Shown here: positions 7,826-15,918 of the stretch, one piece after another | Position numbering within the stretch: position 1 is the first letter of the stretch | Layout: every line of letters begins with the position of its first letter | Program-made: the position numbers and the translations under genes | Source: Promethearchaeota archaeon | GTDB lineage: Archaea > Asgardarchaeota > Lokiarchaeia > Sigyniarchaeales > SOKP01 | Assembly: GCA_016930515.1 (NCBI GenBank) | Contig: JAFGGO010000161.1 | Coordinates: 1-18,074, forward strand | Length of the DNA stretch: 18,074 bases | Reading direction: 5' to 3' | Notes under the pieces: generated by a model | What the model was told of the DNA's origin: nothing | The model's input: only the letters and a program-made list of their open reading frames with translations | The model's database searches: none

Positions 7826-9697
7826 GTGAAAGAAACGAAAACTATCTTACCAAAACGGACATTAAGCGTCACACAAGGCATTTTATACGGAATTGGTTGC
7901 GGCGTTGGAGGTTCAATATTTATTCTTCTTGGTACTGCCATAGGCATGGCTGGACCAGGTGTACTAATAAGCTTGATCTTATGTGGAGTTTTGGTTTTAT
8001 TTACTGCACTAAATTATTCAGAGCTTTCGACAAGTCTTCCAATCTCAGGAGGTAGTTATTCTCTCGGTAAGGAAGCATTAGGTGGTTTTTCAGCGTTTAT
8101 AATAGGATTTTTCCTCTGGATTGCGAATATAACAACGATCACATTTTCAGCACTTGCCTTGTCAACTTTTTTTTTCCAAGTCTTTTTTCCAGGACTTACA
8201 CCTGTGATCGTGCCAATAGCGATTTTTGCTATCTTATTTACAACCCTATTTGTCTTCAGAACCCAGATGATGGCAATCAAAACGCTTATAAGGCTTACAA
8301 TCATATTGTTAGCTTTATTTCTGGTATTTGTCATTGTTGGGTTATTCATATCCCCCATAACTAATAACACGAATTATAATCCCGATTATTTACTATCTAT
8401 TATGCCCATATTAGGAATAATACAATCGTTTTCTATATTATTCATTTGTTTTACATCTATGATTACAAATATGGCATATCTAAGCAATGACCTAAAAAAT
8501 CCTTCTAGGTCTATTCCGAAAGTCAATATTTATGCTATTCTAATTACTTTAGGAATTTATTTATTGATGACTATTGCCGTGCTTATAAATATTGGTGGAT
8601 CATCCTCGAAATATGGAGACTCTCCTGTTCTCTTGGCAGAAGTGTTATTTGATATTATTGGTCCATTTGGGTTTTACATAATGGGCATAGGAGCCGTTAT
8701 ATCCACATTAATAGCGATGAATGCTGCAATGGGTTCAGCTGTAAGCATCTTCACCGCCCTTGCGAGAGATAATTACATTCCAAAACAATTTACAAAAGTA
8801 AGTAAAAAAACAGGTGTGCCTACAAGCTCGCTCTTCATAACTAGCATAATAGCCATTCTATTTGCAATTTTCATAAATATAAATATCGCCGCACAAATGA
8901 CGAGTTTTATTTATTTTTTTGGCTTGGCTTTCGTTAATTTTGCAGCAGTTAGGTTGAGATACAAGAGAAGAGAGCTCGATCGTCCTTATAAAGCGCCCTT
9001 TTTTCCATACTTGCCTATCATTGTCGGAATTTTTTGTTTGATTCTTGCTTTTGCGCTCTCTGTAATTGCTATCGTGCTAGGAATTATCGTAGCGATTGCA
9101 TGTATTAGCATTTACCTTCTCATATTCGCAGATCGACCGTCTATTATTTTAACCCTTGCAGGAATTAAGTGTTTTAGCATCATTTTATTAGGTATATTAA
9201 TATGGATTGTTAATAATACCGGAATCGTGAGTTCAACAATCCCCGGATTAGCACAGGGATTTACATTTATTTTAATGAGAATAGTGATTGCGTTAGGAGT
9301 TTTCGCAATCATTACTGTTATACTGGATGTTATTCCATTGAGAGAATTTGTGTTTTTTTTTGCGAAAAAGATCGATAAAAAAAGTATTGCTATTAACCTC
9401 GGACGGGCAGCCATCGTTACTTTAGACGATTCAAAACGTAAAATAATCCATAGAATCGATGTGGTTATTGGAGTATTAGAGATGATCGCTTCAATCTTTA
9501 TTTTTACAGTGATTATTCCTTTATTATCGTTAAATATAATATCGATTGAAAGTATAAATCTTTCTAGTACAGTTATTCCTCAAGGTATAAGCGAATTCAT
9601 ATTTCTTTCAGGTTTGATACTTTTTGGAGCGTGTCTTTTCTTAAGCGGCTTGATATTTACATATTTAAGAATTGAAGAACGTTCTTTAGGAATCTAA
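7826..9697 (+). CDS. APC-family amino acid permease with extra C-terminal membrane helices
   Basis: TM1 GCGVGGSIF, YSELSTSLPISGGSY, KNPSRSIP, LARDNYIP and RPYKAPFFPYLP are APC motifs. About 190 additional, largely hydrophobic residues follow the core. GTG start. Confidence 0.88.
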   Translation: MKETKTILPKRTLSVTQGILYGIGCGVGGSIFILLGTAIGMAGPGVLISLILCGVLVLFTALNYSELSTSLPISGGSYSLGKEALGGFSAFIIGFFLWIANITTITFSALALSTFFFQVFFPGLTPVIVPIAIFAILFTTLFVFRTQMMAIKTLIRLTIILLALFLVFVIVGLFISPITNNTNYNPDYLLSIMPILGIIQSFSILFICFTSMITNMAYLSNDLKNPSRSIPKVNIYAILITLGIYLLMTIAVLINIGGSSSKYGDSPVLLAEVLFDIIGPFGFYIMGIGAVISTLIAMNAAMGSAVSIFTALARDNYIPKQFTKVSKKTGVPTSSLFITSIIAILFAIFININIAAQMTSFIYFFGLAFVNFAAVRLRYKRRELDRPYKAPFFPYLPIIVGIFCLILAFALSVIAIVLGIIVAIACISIYLLIFADRPSIILTLAGIKCFSIILLGILIWIVNNTGIVSSTIPGLAQGFTFILMRIVIALGVFAIITVILDVIPLREFVFFFAKKIDKKSIAINLGRAAIVTLDDSKRKIIHRIDVVIGVLEMIASIFIFTVIIPLLSLNIISIESINLSSTVIPQGISEFIFLSGLILFGACLFLSGLIFTYLRIEERSLGI

Positions 9698-9714
9698 TTT
9701 GATACACAATTACA

Positions 9715-10458
9715 ATGATTTATCGTGAAATATCAAAATCAAATTTTCACATTCATTCAAATTTTAGCGATGGAAAAAATTCAGTCATGGAGATCATCCG
9801 GGCTGCTTTGATACTAAGAATGGATTATATTGCAATTACAGATCATTTCTCTAATTCTTGGAAGTCTAATATTATCCAAACATTAAACTCAAAGGATTCA
9901 ATAATAGAATACATTGACACTTTAAATCTCTGCCAAGAATATTTAACTAATTTAAATAGCAATTTGGTGCTTTTAAAAGGAATAGAAGTAGATCTTTATA
10001 GTACAGACGATTTTATAGAAAAAAATCTATCACCCGAAAATTTTGATATAGTATTATTTGAATATTTAGAATCAAAAGAAGAAATTACTTTTTTGGAAAA
10101 TATTATCGATTTTTGGCGGAATATGGAAGGATTAAATCAATTACCATTGCTTGGAATTGCTCATTTTGATCCATCCGTGTTTTTTAAAGACGATCATGAT
10201 GTTTTAATAGAGTTCTTGGAGAGTTACGGTTTATTCTACGAATTTAACGAGTCATATTCCAAATTTTTTTCAAGCAAATATGATGATTTTTTTGAGAAAA
10301 TTAGAAACAAGAGAATTCCAATTTCTATTGGATGTGATTCTCACGACATTCGCAATTTATACAGCGTTGAAAAAGTAATTGACGCAATTGAAAATTACGA
10401 CCTTATAAAAAATTACGATAAATTCCTAGAATCCGTCCGTAGTGCTTTTAAAAGTTAA
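9715..10458 (+). CDS. PHP-domain metal-dependent phosphoesterase (HisPPase/YcdX-like)
   Basis: PHP motifs in canonical order: NFHIHSNFSDG, ITDH, GIE, AH, EFN, GCDSH. Confidence 0.88.
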   Translation: MIYREISKSNFHIHSNFSDGKNSVMEIIRAALILRMDYIAITDHFSNSWKSNIIQTLNSKDSIIEYIDTLNLCQEYLTNLNSNLVLLKGIEVDLYSTDDFIEKNLSPENFDIVLFEYLESKEEITFLENIIDFWRNMEGLNQLPLLGIAHFDPSVFFKDDHDVLIEFLESYGLFYEFNESYSKFFSSKYDDFFEKIRNKRIPISIGCDSHDIRNLYSVEKVIDAIENYDLIKNYDKFLESVRSAFKS

Positions 10459-10509
10459 CTTCCATTATAGTGCGCATATCTTTTTATATGTAAAATTCTT
10501 ACATTTCTT

Positions 10510-11262
10510 ATGGATCTCGAGGAGAAAATAAACCTCGTCGTCGATTGGATAGTTAATTCAAAGCATTTAGTTATTTTTACTGGAGCTGGTATTTCCACCG
10601 ACAGTGGATTACCCGATTATCGAGGCCCAGATGGCGTTTGGACCAGGAGAGATAAAGGACTTCCACCCAAACCCCTAGCTGTACCTTGGGATCAAGTTAA
10701 GCCTAATCAAGCTCATTATTTGATAGTCGATTTGTTAAAAATGGGTAAACTTGAATTCTTGATTTCTCAGAATGTGGACGGATTACATGTTAAATCGGGC
10801 ATCTCTTTCGATAAAATCGCAGAATTACATGGTAACATGTATTTCTTAAAGTGCTTGAATTGCGGTACCAAGTTGACCTTTGAAGAAGCAGGATGGAATA
10901 AAAAAATATGGGGCAACGGATATAGAACAGATCCTGTCAAAGAAGGACAGCCAAAATGTCCTAATTGCACCGGTCGAATCATATCAAGTATAATTAATTT
11001 TGGGGATCCAATGCCCGAAGAGGAGATGATCAAGGCATCGAAATATTCAGAAAAGGCTGATGTCTTTTTTGTAATAGGATCATCGCTCGTCGTTTCTCCT
11101 GCAAATTCGTTCCCGATGATTGCAAAAAGAAATAACGCCAAATTAGTTGTATTAAACGATGGAGAAGTTCCTATTGAAAGGTTTGTAAATATTAGATTCC
11201 ACGACAGAATTGAAGATATTCTCCCCTTGATAGTAGCTAGAGTTAAAGCAAAAATATTTTAA
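10510..11262 (+). CDS. sir2: NAD-dependent protein deacylase, sirtuin family (SIRT6/7 class IV-like)
   Basis: TGAGISTDSGLPDYRG, SQNVDGLH, catalytic ELHGN, zinc motif CLNC...CPNC, GSSL. Confidence 0.93.
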   Translation: MDLEEKINLVVDWIVNSKHLVIFTGAGISTDSGLPDYRGPDGVWTRRDKGLPPKPLAVPWDQVKPNQAHYLIVDLLKMGKLEFLISQNVDGLHVKSGISFDKIAELHGNMYFLKCLNCGTKLTFEEAGWNKKIWGNGYRTDPVKEGQPKCPNCTGRIISSIINFGDPMPEEEMIKASKYSEKADVFFVIGSSLVVSPANSFPMIAKRNNAKLVVLNDGEVPIERFVNIRFHDRIEDILPLIVARVKAKIF

Positions 11263-11493
11263 ACAATTCATAAGATATAGACTTAATTATATTATTTCTT
11301 TTCTATTTATCACTTCTTCTAATTATTGACAAGTATCTCTTAATAAAAATCACTTATTCTCAAATTGGAGGAATTTTACATAAGAATATTTGATTTTGAG
11401 ATCCCTATAATGCAAAAAGTACCCCTATTCTTTTAAATAACACTCTGTTTGTATGATTATTATCTTTAAAATAAATAAAAATTAAAAATAACA

Positions 11494-11504
11494 GTGGTGA
11501 AATA
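11494..11504 (+). promoter_or_regulatory. Shine-Dalgarno motif GTGGTGA(AATA)
   Basis: GGTGA at 11496-11500 lies 6 nt before the in-frame ATA at 11507. The same 11-mer GTGGTGAAATA precedes the 64-aa gene starting at 15868. Confidence 0.6.
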
Positions 11505-11506
11505 CT

Positions 11507-12028
11507 ATAGGATTTAAAGATAAACTCAAACAAGCTGCAGCAGGTGCAATAGGAGGCGCTGTTGAAAATGTTAAAGATACAGCAAAAAATGCAGTAGATT
11601 CTGCAAAAGATAATTTAAAAGCTGGGTTAGAAGCTGTTGAAGACGCTTTTCTTAACCTCGATTTCTTGAAGAACATGAAGAATATTGCCGCAGGTACTGG
11701 CGCTGCAACTGTAGCCCATACCGTGCTAAGTTTAGGCTCTGTAAACGAAAATTACGAACTTTTCCTTGATACTTTAAGCAAACAATTGTGGATAGGAGGC
11801 AAAGTAGGGGACCATAATTATTTAGAGCGAAGAGTCGATTCGTGGTGGAAAACCATGAAGGGTAGAAAATATATTTTCAATCCAGAAGAGACGGCAAAAG
11901 TTAAGGATAATTCTGACACCGAGGTAAAGCTATTCTTTAAAGCAGATGATGGCGCTTCCGTGAAAAATAAGCCAATTACGCTTATCAAGGAAGATGGAAA
12001 ATGGAAAGTATTAAGCCTTACAGCTTGA
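11507..12028 (+). CDS. Hypothetical protein, 173 aa: Ala/Lys-rich amphipathic N-terminus plus NTF2-like C-terminal domain; probable ATA start
   Basis: The frame of the 11666 ORF is open upstream to the TGA at 11498, giving (M)GFKDKLKQAAAGAIGGAVENVKDTAKNAVDSAKDNLKAG. The C-terminal ITLIKEDGKWKV is typical of NTF2-like/DUF4878-type ends. Confidence 0.65.
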   Translation: MGFKDKLKQAAAGAIGGAVENVKDTAKNAVDSAKDNLKAGLEAVEDAFLNLDFLKNMKNIAAGTGAATVAHTVLSLGSVNENYELFLDTLSKQLWIGGKVGDHNYLERRVDSWWKTMKGRKYIFNPEETAKVKDNSDTEVKLFFKADDGASVKNKPITLIKEDGKWKVLSLTA

Positions 12029-12559
12029 TTGAAAAATAAAGTATCATTTGAAATAGTGAAAATAATGGAAAAATGGAAAGATTTTGATGGACATCCATAT
12101 AAAAAAATTCACGAGGAAAATTATTGCAACACGATTTTCTCCACGGAACCAATAGAATTGGGGAAAGAAAAAAGTTCGGTAATTAAGGACAGGTTTAAAA
12201 AACCCGAAAAAATATATGCAAGGTGCTACTTTCCAGGCGCAGTTGGAAAAGTAGGAGATAAAAAGTTCCGCCACGAACTTTGGATTGATGGAAAACTCGC
12301 TAAAATGATTTTCTTTAAGAATCCGCCAGAACCAGATTGGGATACCATCCAAGTGTGGGTTTCTGAAGACGAGTATAAAAGCGAAATTTCAGAATTATCC
12401 TCTGGAGAGCACGAGGTTCTTCTTTGGGTCATAAAAGAAGAATTTGGTGGGACTGAAGTTGTATCTGAAAAAGATTCTTCTGGAAATATCGTCCAAAAAG
12501 AGAAAGAGATATGGATACCAAAGAGATTGTCTAAAGGAAAGATCATCTACGAAGTATGA
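12029..12559 (+). CDS. Hypothetical protein, probable beta-sandwich
   Basis: 176-aa ORF abutting the upstream stop. Beta-strand pattern (TIFSTEPI, IYARCYF, ELWIDGK, GEHEVLLWV). The alternative ATG at 12065 is preceded by AGTGAAAATA. Confidence 0.68.
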   Translation: MKNKVSFEIVKIMEKWKDFDGHPYKKIHEENYCNTIFSTEPIELGKEKSSVIKDRFKKPEKIYARCYFPGAVGKVGDKKFRHELWIDGKLAKMIFFKNPPEPDWDTIQVWVSEDEYKSEISELSSGEHEVLLWVIKEEFGGTEVVSEKDSSGNIVQKEKEIWIPKRLSKGKIIYEV

Positions 12560-12592
12560 TATTGCTATGCTTAATTTAGCTTAAAATTACAA

Positions 12593-12610
12593 ATTTCTTT
12601 TTTTTATTTT
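12593..12610 (+). terminator. Oligo-U terminator of the 11507-12559 unit
   Basis: Long T tract about 35 nt after the stop at 12559, in a convergent intergenic region. Confidence 0.42.
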
Positions 12611-12681
12611 ATTCTATAAAATTTCGTTTCTAATCAAATAGTTTTTCAAGAAGCTTGAAAAATGACTAATTTATTATTTTG

Positions 12682-14340
12682 TTATTTAATTTTTCCATAA
12701 ATATCCTTCTCTCGGTCGAGTTCTTTAAGCAGTAATCTCCCTTCCTTATTTGACAATGATAGATTCATTTCGCTATTCCTGCTCAGTGAACCTGTAAAGA
12801 TGGGTTCATCCTCCACATATACCACGATATTTTGGCTAGCATACATTAGAGGCGCCTTAATCACGATTTTATTAGATTTAACGGATAAATCGAGTTCAAT
12901 CTTGTGCTTTTTAGATTTTCGTTCTTTTTTATAACCTCTTGTTTCTCTATCTCGCGGAATATTCTTTGAATGAACGGGAGCGATGGGATATATCACGATA
13001 TCTTGTCCAAAAGAATAAATTTCGTACTCAAGGTTTCCCGTCATGTAATCTCTTACCTCAACAACAGGTCTTGCAAGGTCCTTGTCTTGAAATCCAGAAG
13101 GAACTTTTACGGTCATTTTAAGAACGAGAACCGTGGCAACAGCTCCACCTTTTATAAAAATGATCGTATCAATTATAGATGGAAGCATCCCAAGTTCCAC
13201 GCGGCCGATAAAGCGTTGAATTGCGTCAATTGCCGATGAACTGTGAACAACACCAACCATACCGGTTCCAGAAAGCCTAAAGTCGCTATATATTTCAAAA
13301 TCCTTCGTCGTGCGAACTTCATCAAAGATCGTGAAGTCGGGCCTTACAAGGAGTAGTATATCGGCAGAATTTTCCAGGCTTCCCTCTAATTTCGTGTATT
13401 GGGTAATTTCAGGTCTAACTTGCAAGTCCCTCACGCTTTCTAGAGTCTTCACAACTTTATCGTGTTCTAAATAAAAGTTTGCTAATGCTGCGGAAAATGT
13501 TGATTTACCAGCACCAGGAGCGCCTGCCACGAGAATTCCTTCGGCAATTTCGAGTCTCTCCATGAGAGTTCTGTTGAGTCCGTAATCGGAAAGTTTCAAG
13601 TTCACAAGTGGTCTTACCGCCGTGATTTCAACATCGTTGGAAAACGGAGGTCTCGTTATAACAATTCGAAATTCTCGAAGTTGCACAACAACAGCACCTT
13701 CCTTTTCGATTTCCATAAACGAATGTTCATCTTCCCTTACATTCTCAATAATTTCGAGAGCGATTTCTTCGATCAACTTTGACGAAATAGGTTCCTCTGA
13801 TACTTGTTCTAAATGCCAATCTCCAGGACCTCCTTTCTTGGCGTGGGGAGGAAGGTTTCTCTTGAGGTGGACGCTCATTGTCTTATCGTCGAAATAATCC
13901 AATAGTTTTAAAGATAAGGGCTCTATAATTTTGGTATCTTTTTTTTCCCAAGCGAACATGACCTCTAGACCTTCAAATATGCCAACATCTCCTTGAATTC
14001 TATCGGCAGTTATCAGAATTGCATCGTTTTCAAGTGCAGATTTTCTAATAAGTGCGTCAAGTTCTCCACCAGGACTCATCTTGATTTCTTCCCTTGTAGG
14101 CCGTTTGCCCACGATTCTCAAGATAATATCACCCTTGTCGTGCCATTCTCTTAATTGTTTAAGCACATTAAGTCCGTAAAAACCTATCTCTTTTTGAATA
14201 TTAGTTCGATACTCAATTTCTGCAACAACTATGTTTGAGATGAAGATTTCGGGTTTATCTCCTAAATCTCCGTCTTCTATAAGGTTCAATATTTGACCGT
14301 TAAAAATGATTGAAGTATCGCACGCAAATTTATCTGTCAT
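12682..14340 (-). CDS. PINA-family ATPase (PIN domain + PilT/VirB11-like ATPase)
   Basis: N-terminal PIN domain (CDTS, AEIE, GELDALIR, TAD). Walker A GAPGAGKST and Walker B TIFDEVR. Family motifs TLESVRDLQ, ITQY, LLLVRPD, AIQRFIGRVELG and DLARPVVEVRD. Confidence 0.92.
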   Translation of the reverse strand: MTDKFACDTSIIFNGQILNLIEDGDLGDKPEIFISNIVVAEIEYRTNIQKEIGFYGLNVLKQLREWHDKGDIILRIVGKRPTREEIKMSPGGELDALIRKSALENDAILITADRIQGDVGIFEGLEVMFAWEKKDTKIIEPLSLKLLDYFDDKTMSVHLKRNLPPHAKKGGPGDWHLEQVSEEPISSKLIEEIALEIIENVREDEHSFMEIEKEGAVVVQLREFRIVITRPPFSNDVEITAVRPLVNLKLSDYGLNRTLMERLEIAEGILVAGAPGAGKSTFSAALANFYLEHDKVVKTLESVRDLQVRPEITQYTKLEGSLENSADILLLVRPDFTIFDEVRTTKDFEIYSDFRLSGTGMVGVVHSSSAIDAIQRFIGRVELGMLPSIIDTIIFIKGGAVATVLVLKMTVKVPSGFQDKDLARPVVEVRDYMTGNLEYEIYSFGQDIVIYPIAPVHSKNIPRDRETRGYKKERKSKKHKIELDLSVKSNKIVIKAPLMYASQNIVVYVEDEPIFTGSLSRNSEMNLSLSNKEGRLLLKELDREKDIYGKIK

Positions 14341-14341
14341 T

Positions 14342-14947
14342 TTAAGACTCTAATTTTTCTAATTTATTCATAATTTGAAATTTTTTTACACTGTAATATA
14401 TTGGCTTGCTAAGCCTATCTACAGTAGCTACTATGAGGTCTTTTCGTGAACTCATCGCAACTCGAGAAATTTTATCTAGATCTCTCAATTCTATAGGATC
14501 ACCCTCAAAAACAGGATATATCAAGAATTTCGCAGAATCGTTTTCAACATTAGCTCCTCTCTTATATACTCTAAAGTCAATACCTTCCCCATACCCGGTT
14601 CTTACTACGTAACCTCTTTTTCTCAAATCCATATAAATGATATATTTTTGCCAGAGTCTCTCGACGTAGCGAGTGAAATGTTCTAAAATGGTTTCAAAAT
14701 TGAAAAGATCTCCATTCTTATCGTTATTCTTCCATAAAAGAATTCTACATCGCTCGATTAATAATAATGTTTCCATAGGCTCTAGTACCAATATCTCGTC
14801 TGGTTGTCCTTCTTTTTGAATGTTTCCAATATATGAATTTTTATAGAACTCCTCTATAGCTTCCCTGTTGGAAATAATTACCTTGTCGTCTTTTATTACT
14901 CCTTCGAATTGAAGCTTTTCTGGCTTTTCAGGTGATTTATCTGACAT
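14342..14947 (-). CDS. endA: tRNA-intron (splicing) endonuclease subunit, probably the structural non-catalytic beta subunit
   Basis: LEPMETLLL, YMDLRKRGYVVRTG, DFRVYKRG, RVAMSSRKDLIVATVD...IYY. The catalytic His position reads Ser (NDSA). Confidence 0.85.
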   Translation of the reverse strand: MSDKSPEKPEKLQFEGVIKDDKVIISNREAIEEFYKNSYIGNIQKEGQPDEILVLEPMETLLLIERCRILLWKNNDKNGDLFNFETILEHFTRYVERLWQKYIIYMDLRKRGYVVRTGYGEGIDFRVYKRGANVENDSAKFLIYPVFEGDPIELRDLDKISRVAMSSRKDLIVATVDRLSKPIYYSVKKFQIMNKLEKLES

Positions 14948-15045
14948 TTCTAATAATTTATCATCGCGACTCCCTAAAGAACTTAACGATATCTAATAGC
15001 AAACATGAAACCTTAATTTGACATTATTCATTTTATCCTATAATC

Positions 15046-15615
15046 ATGAATGATTTTTTAGAACAACTAAAACTAGAAACTAAGGGAGCAACTAAGGTTG
15101 CCTTTGTTGGAATTGGAGAAGAAAAGATGACCGACGATGCCGTTGGACTTTATATTATAACACAACTTTTAAACAATAAAAGCAATAAATTCTTTTTCAT
15201 GAACGCTGGAGTTGATTTAATGGCGAGAGTAGACGAGATAATAGACTTTAATCCGTCTCACTTGATCTTGATTGATACTTGCACTTATAATAGTCCTCCA
15301 GGTACCGTCGTTATTCTAAAAAGAAGTAATATGCATGAATATATTCCGATATCGTCCCATACAATCCCAGTTCATATTGTACTAGATTTGATAGTCGAAA
15401 AGCTTCCCACTATAAAAACATTTATGATTGGAATTGTGCCTGAAAGCCTTGACGGATTCGTTGAGCTTGAATTATTCAAAAAAGGAGAAATATCCATTGA
15501 CGAGCTAAACGAAAACGAAGATTTACCTTTCTGGGACATTCAGTTAACACCTACCATTGAGAATGTTGCCAACAATTTAATAGAAATTATTAAACAATTA
15601 ATGGAATCGCTCTAG
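15046..15615 (+). CDS. hycI: Hydrogenase maturation protease-like protein (HycI type, peptidase A31)
   Basis: VAFVGIG...TDDAVG, NAG, HLILID, PPG, SSHTIP, IGIVP and QLTP follow the HycI/HyaD fold pattern. Confidence 0.78.
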   Translation: MNDFLEQLKLETKGATKVAFVGIGEEKMTDDAVGLYIITQLLNNKSNKFFFMNAGVDLMARVDEIIDFNPSHLILIDTCTYNSPPGTVVILKRSNMHEYIPISSHTIPVHIVLDLIVEKLPTIKTFMIGIVPESLDGFVELELFKKGEISIDELNENEDLPFWDIQLTPTIENVANNLIEIIKQLMESL

Positions 15616-15673
15616 GTTTTACTTTATAAAAATAATAAGTATTATATATCATAACATCGGAAGTTGAAAAAAC

Positions 15674-15868
15674 TTAATTTTTCTTTTTCCCTCGAGATAA
15701 CTCGTTCATATAATCAACGATGATATCAATCGCGGTATCTAATTGCCTTTTTTTTTCTTGACTTAGGTTTTCTTTTAATTTTTCAAGAATTCTGACCGTA
15801 TTTTCAAGCTCCCTTAATTTTCTCAAGTAGTCAGTGCCATTTTTATTTAGCGATCCGCCCCAAGCCAA
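15674..15868 (-). CDS. Small helical/coiled-coil hypothetical protein (64 aa)
   Basis: TTG start 5 nt after GGTGA (15874-15878). Amphipathic helical hairpin. Lies 50 nt downstream of the roadblock cluster on the same strand. Confidence 0.62.
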   Translation of the reverse strand: MAWGGSLNKNGTDYLRKLRELENTVRILEKLKENLSQEKKRQLDTAIDIIVDYMNELSRGKKKN

Positions 15869-15918
15869 TTATTTCACCACAAATAAAGATATTTTTAACT
15901 AGTAATCGTACCATACTT

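Noticed and set aside
5461-9414. Minus-strand ORFs 5461-5883, 5880-6089, 6257-6460, 6546-6959, 7481-7801, 8056-8370, 9112-9414
   Set aside because: Antisense to supported genes. Their S/F/L- or K/N/I-rich composition reflects the codons of the opposite strand.
10510-11262. Anti-phage SIR2 (Thoeris/DSR-type NADase)
   Set aside because: Intact zinc-binding module and deacylase motifs, single domain, no defence-gene neighbours.
11263-11493. Possible ncRNA or micro-ORF in the AT-rich intergenic region (short TCTCAAA/TTTGAGA inverted repeat, GGAGG)
   Set aside because: The repeat is too short for this base composition, there is no well-placed canonical start after GGAGG, and no C/D-box or tRNA structure is visible.
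11482-11676. 64-aa minus-strand ORF
   Set aside because: It is the antisense of the SD-supported N-terminal extension of the 11507-12028 gene.
12682-14340. Type IV pilus/secretion ATPase or toxin-antitoxin PIN toxin interpretation
   Set aside because: The PIN-ATPase fusion and family motifs indicate PINA. No pilin, TadC or antitoxin genes are adjacent.
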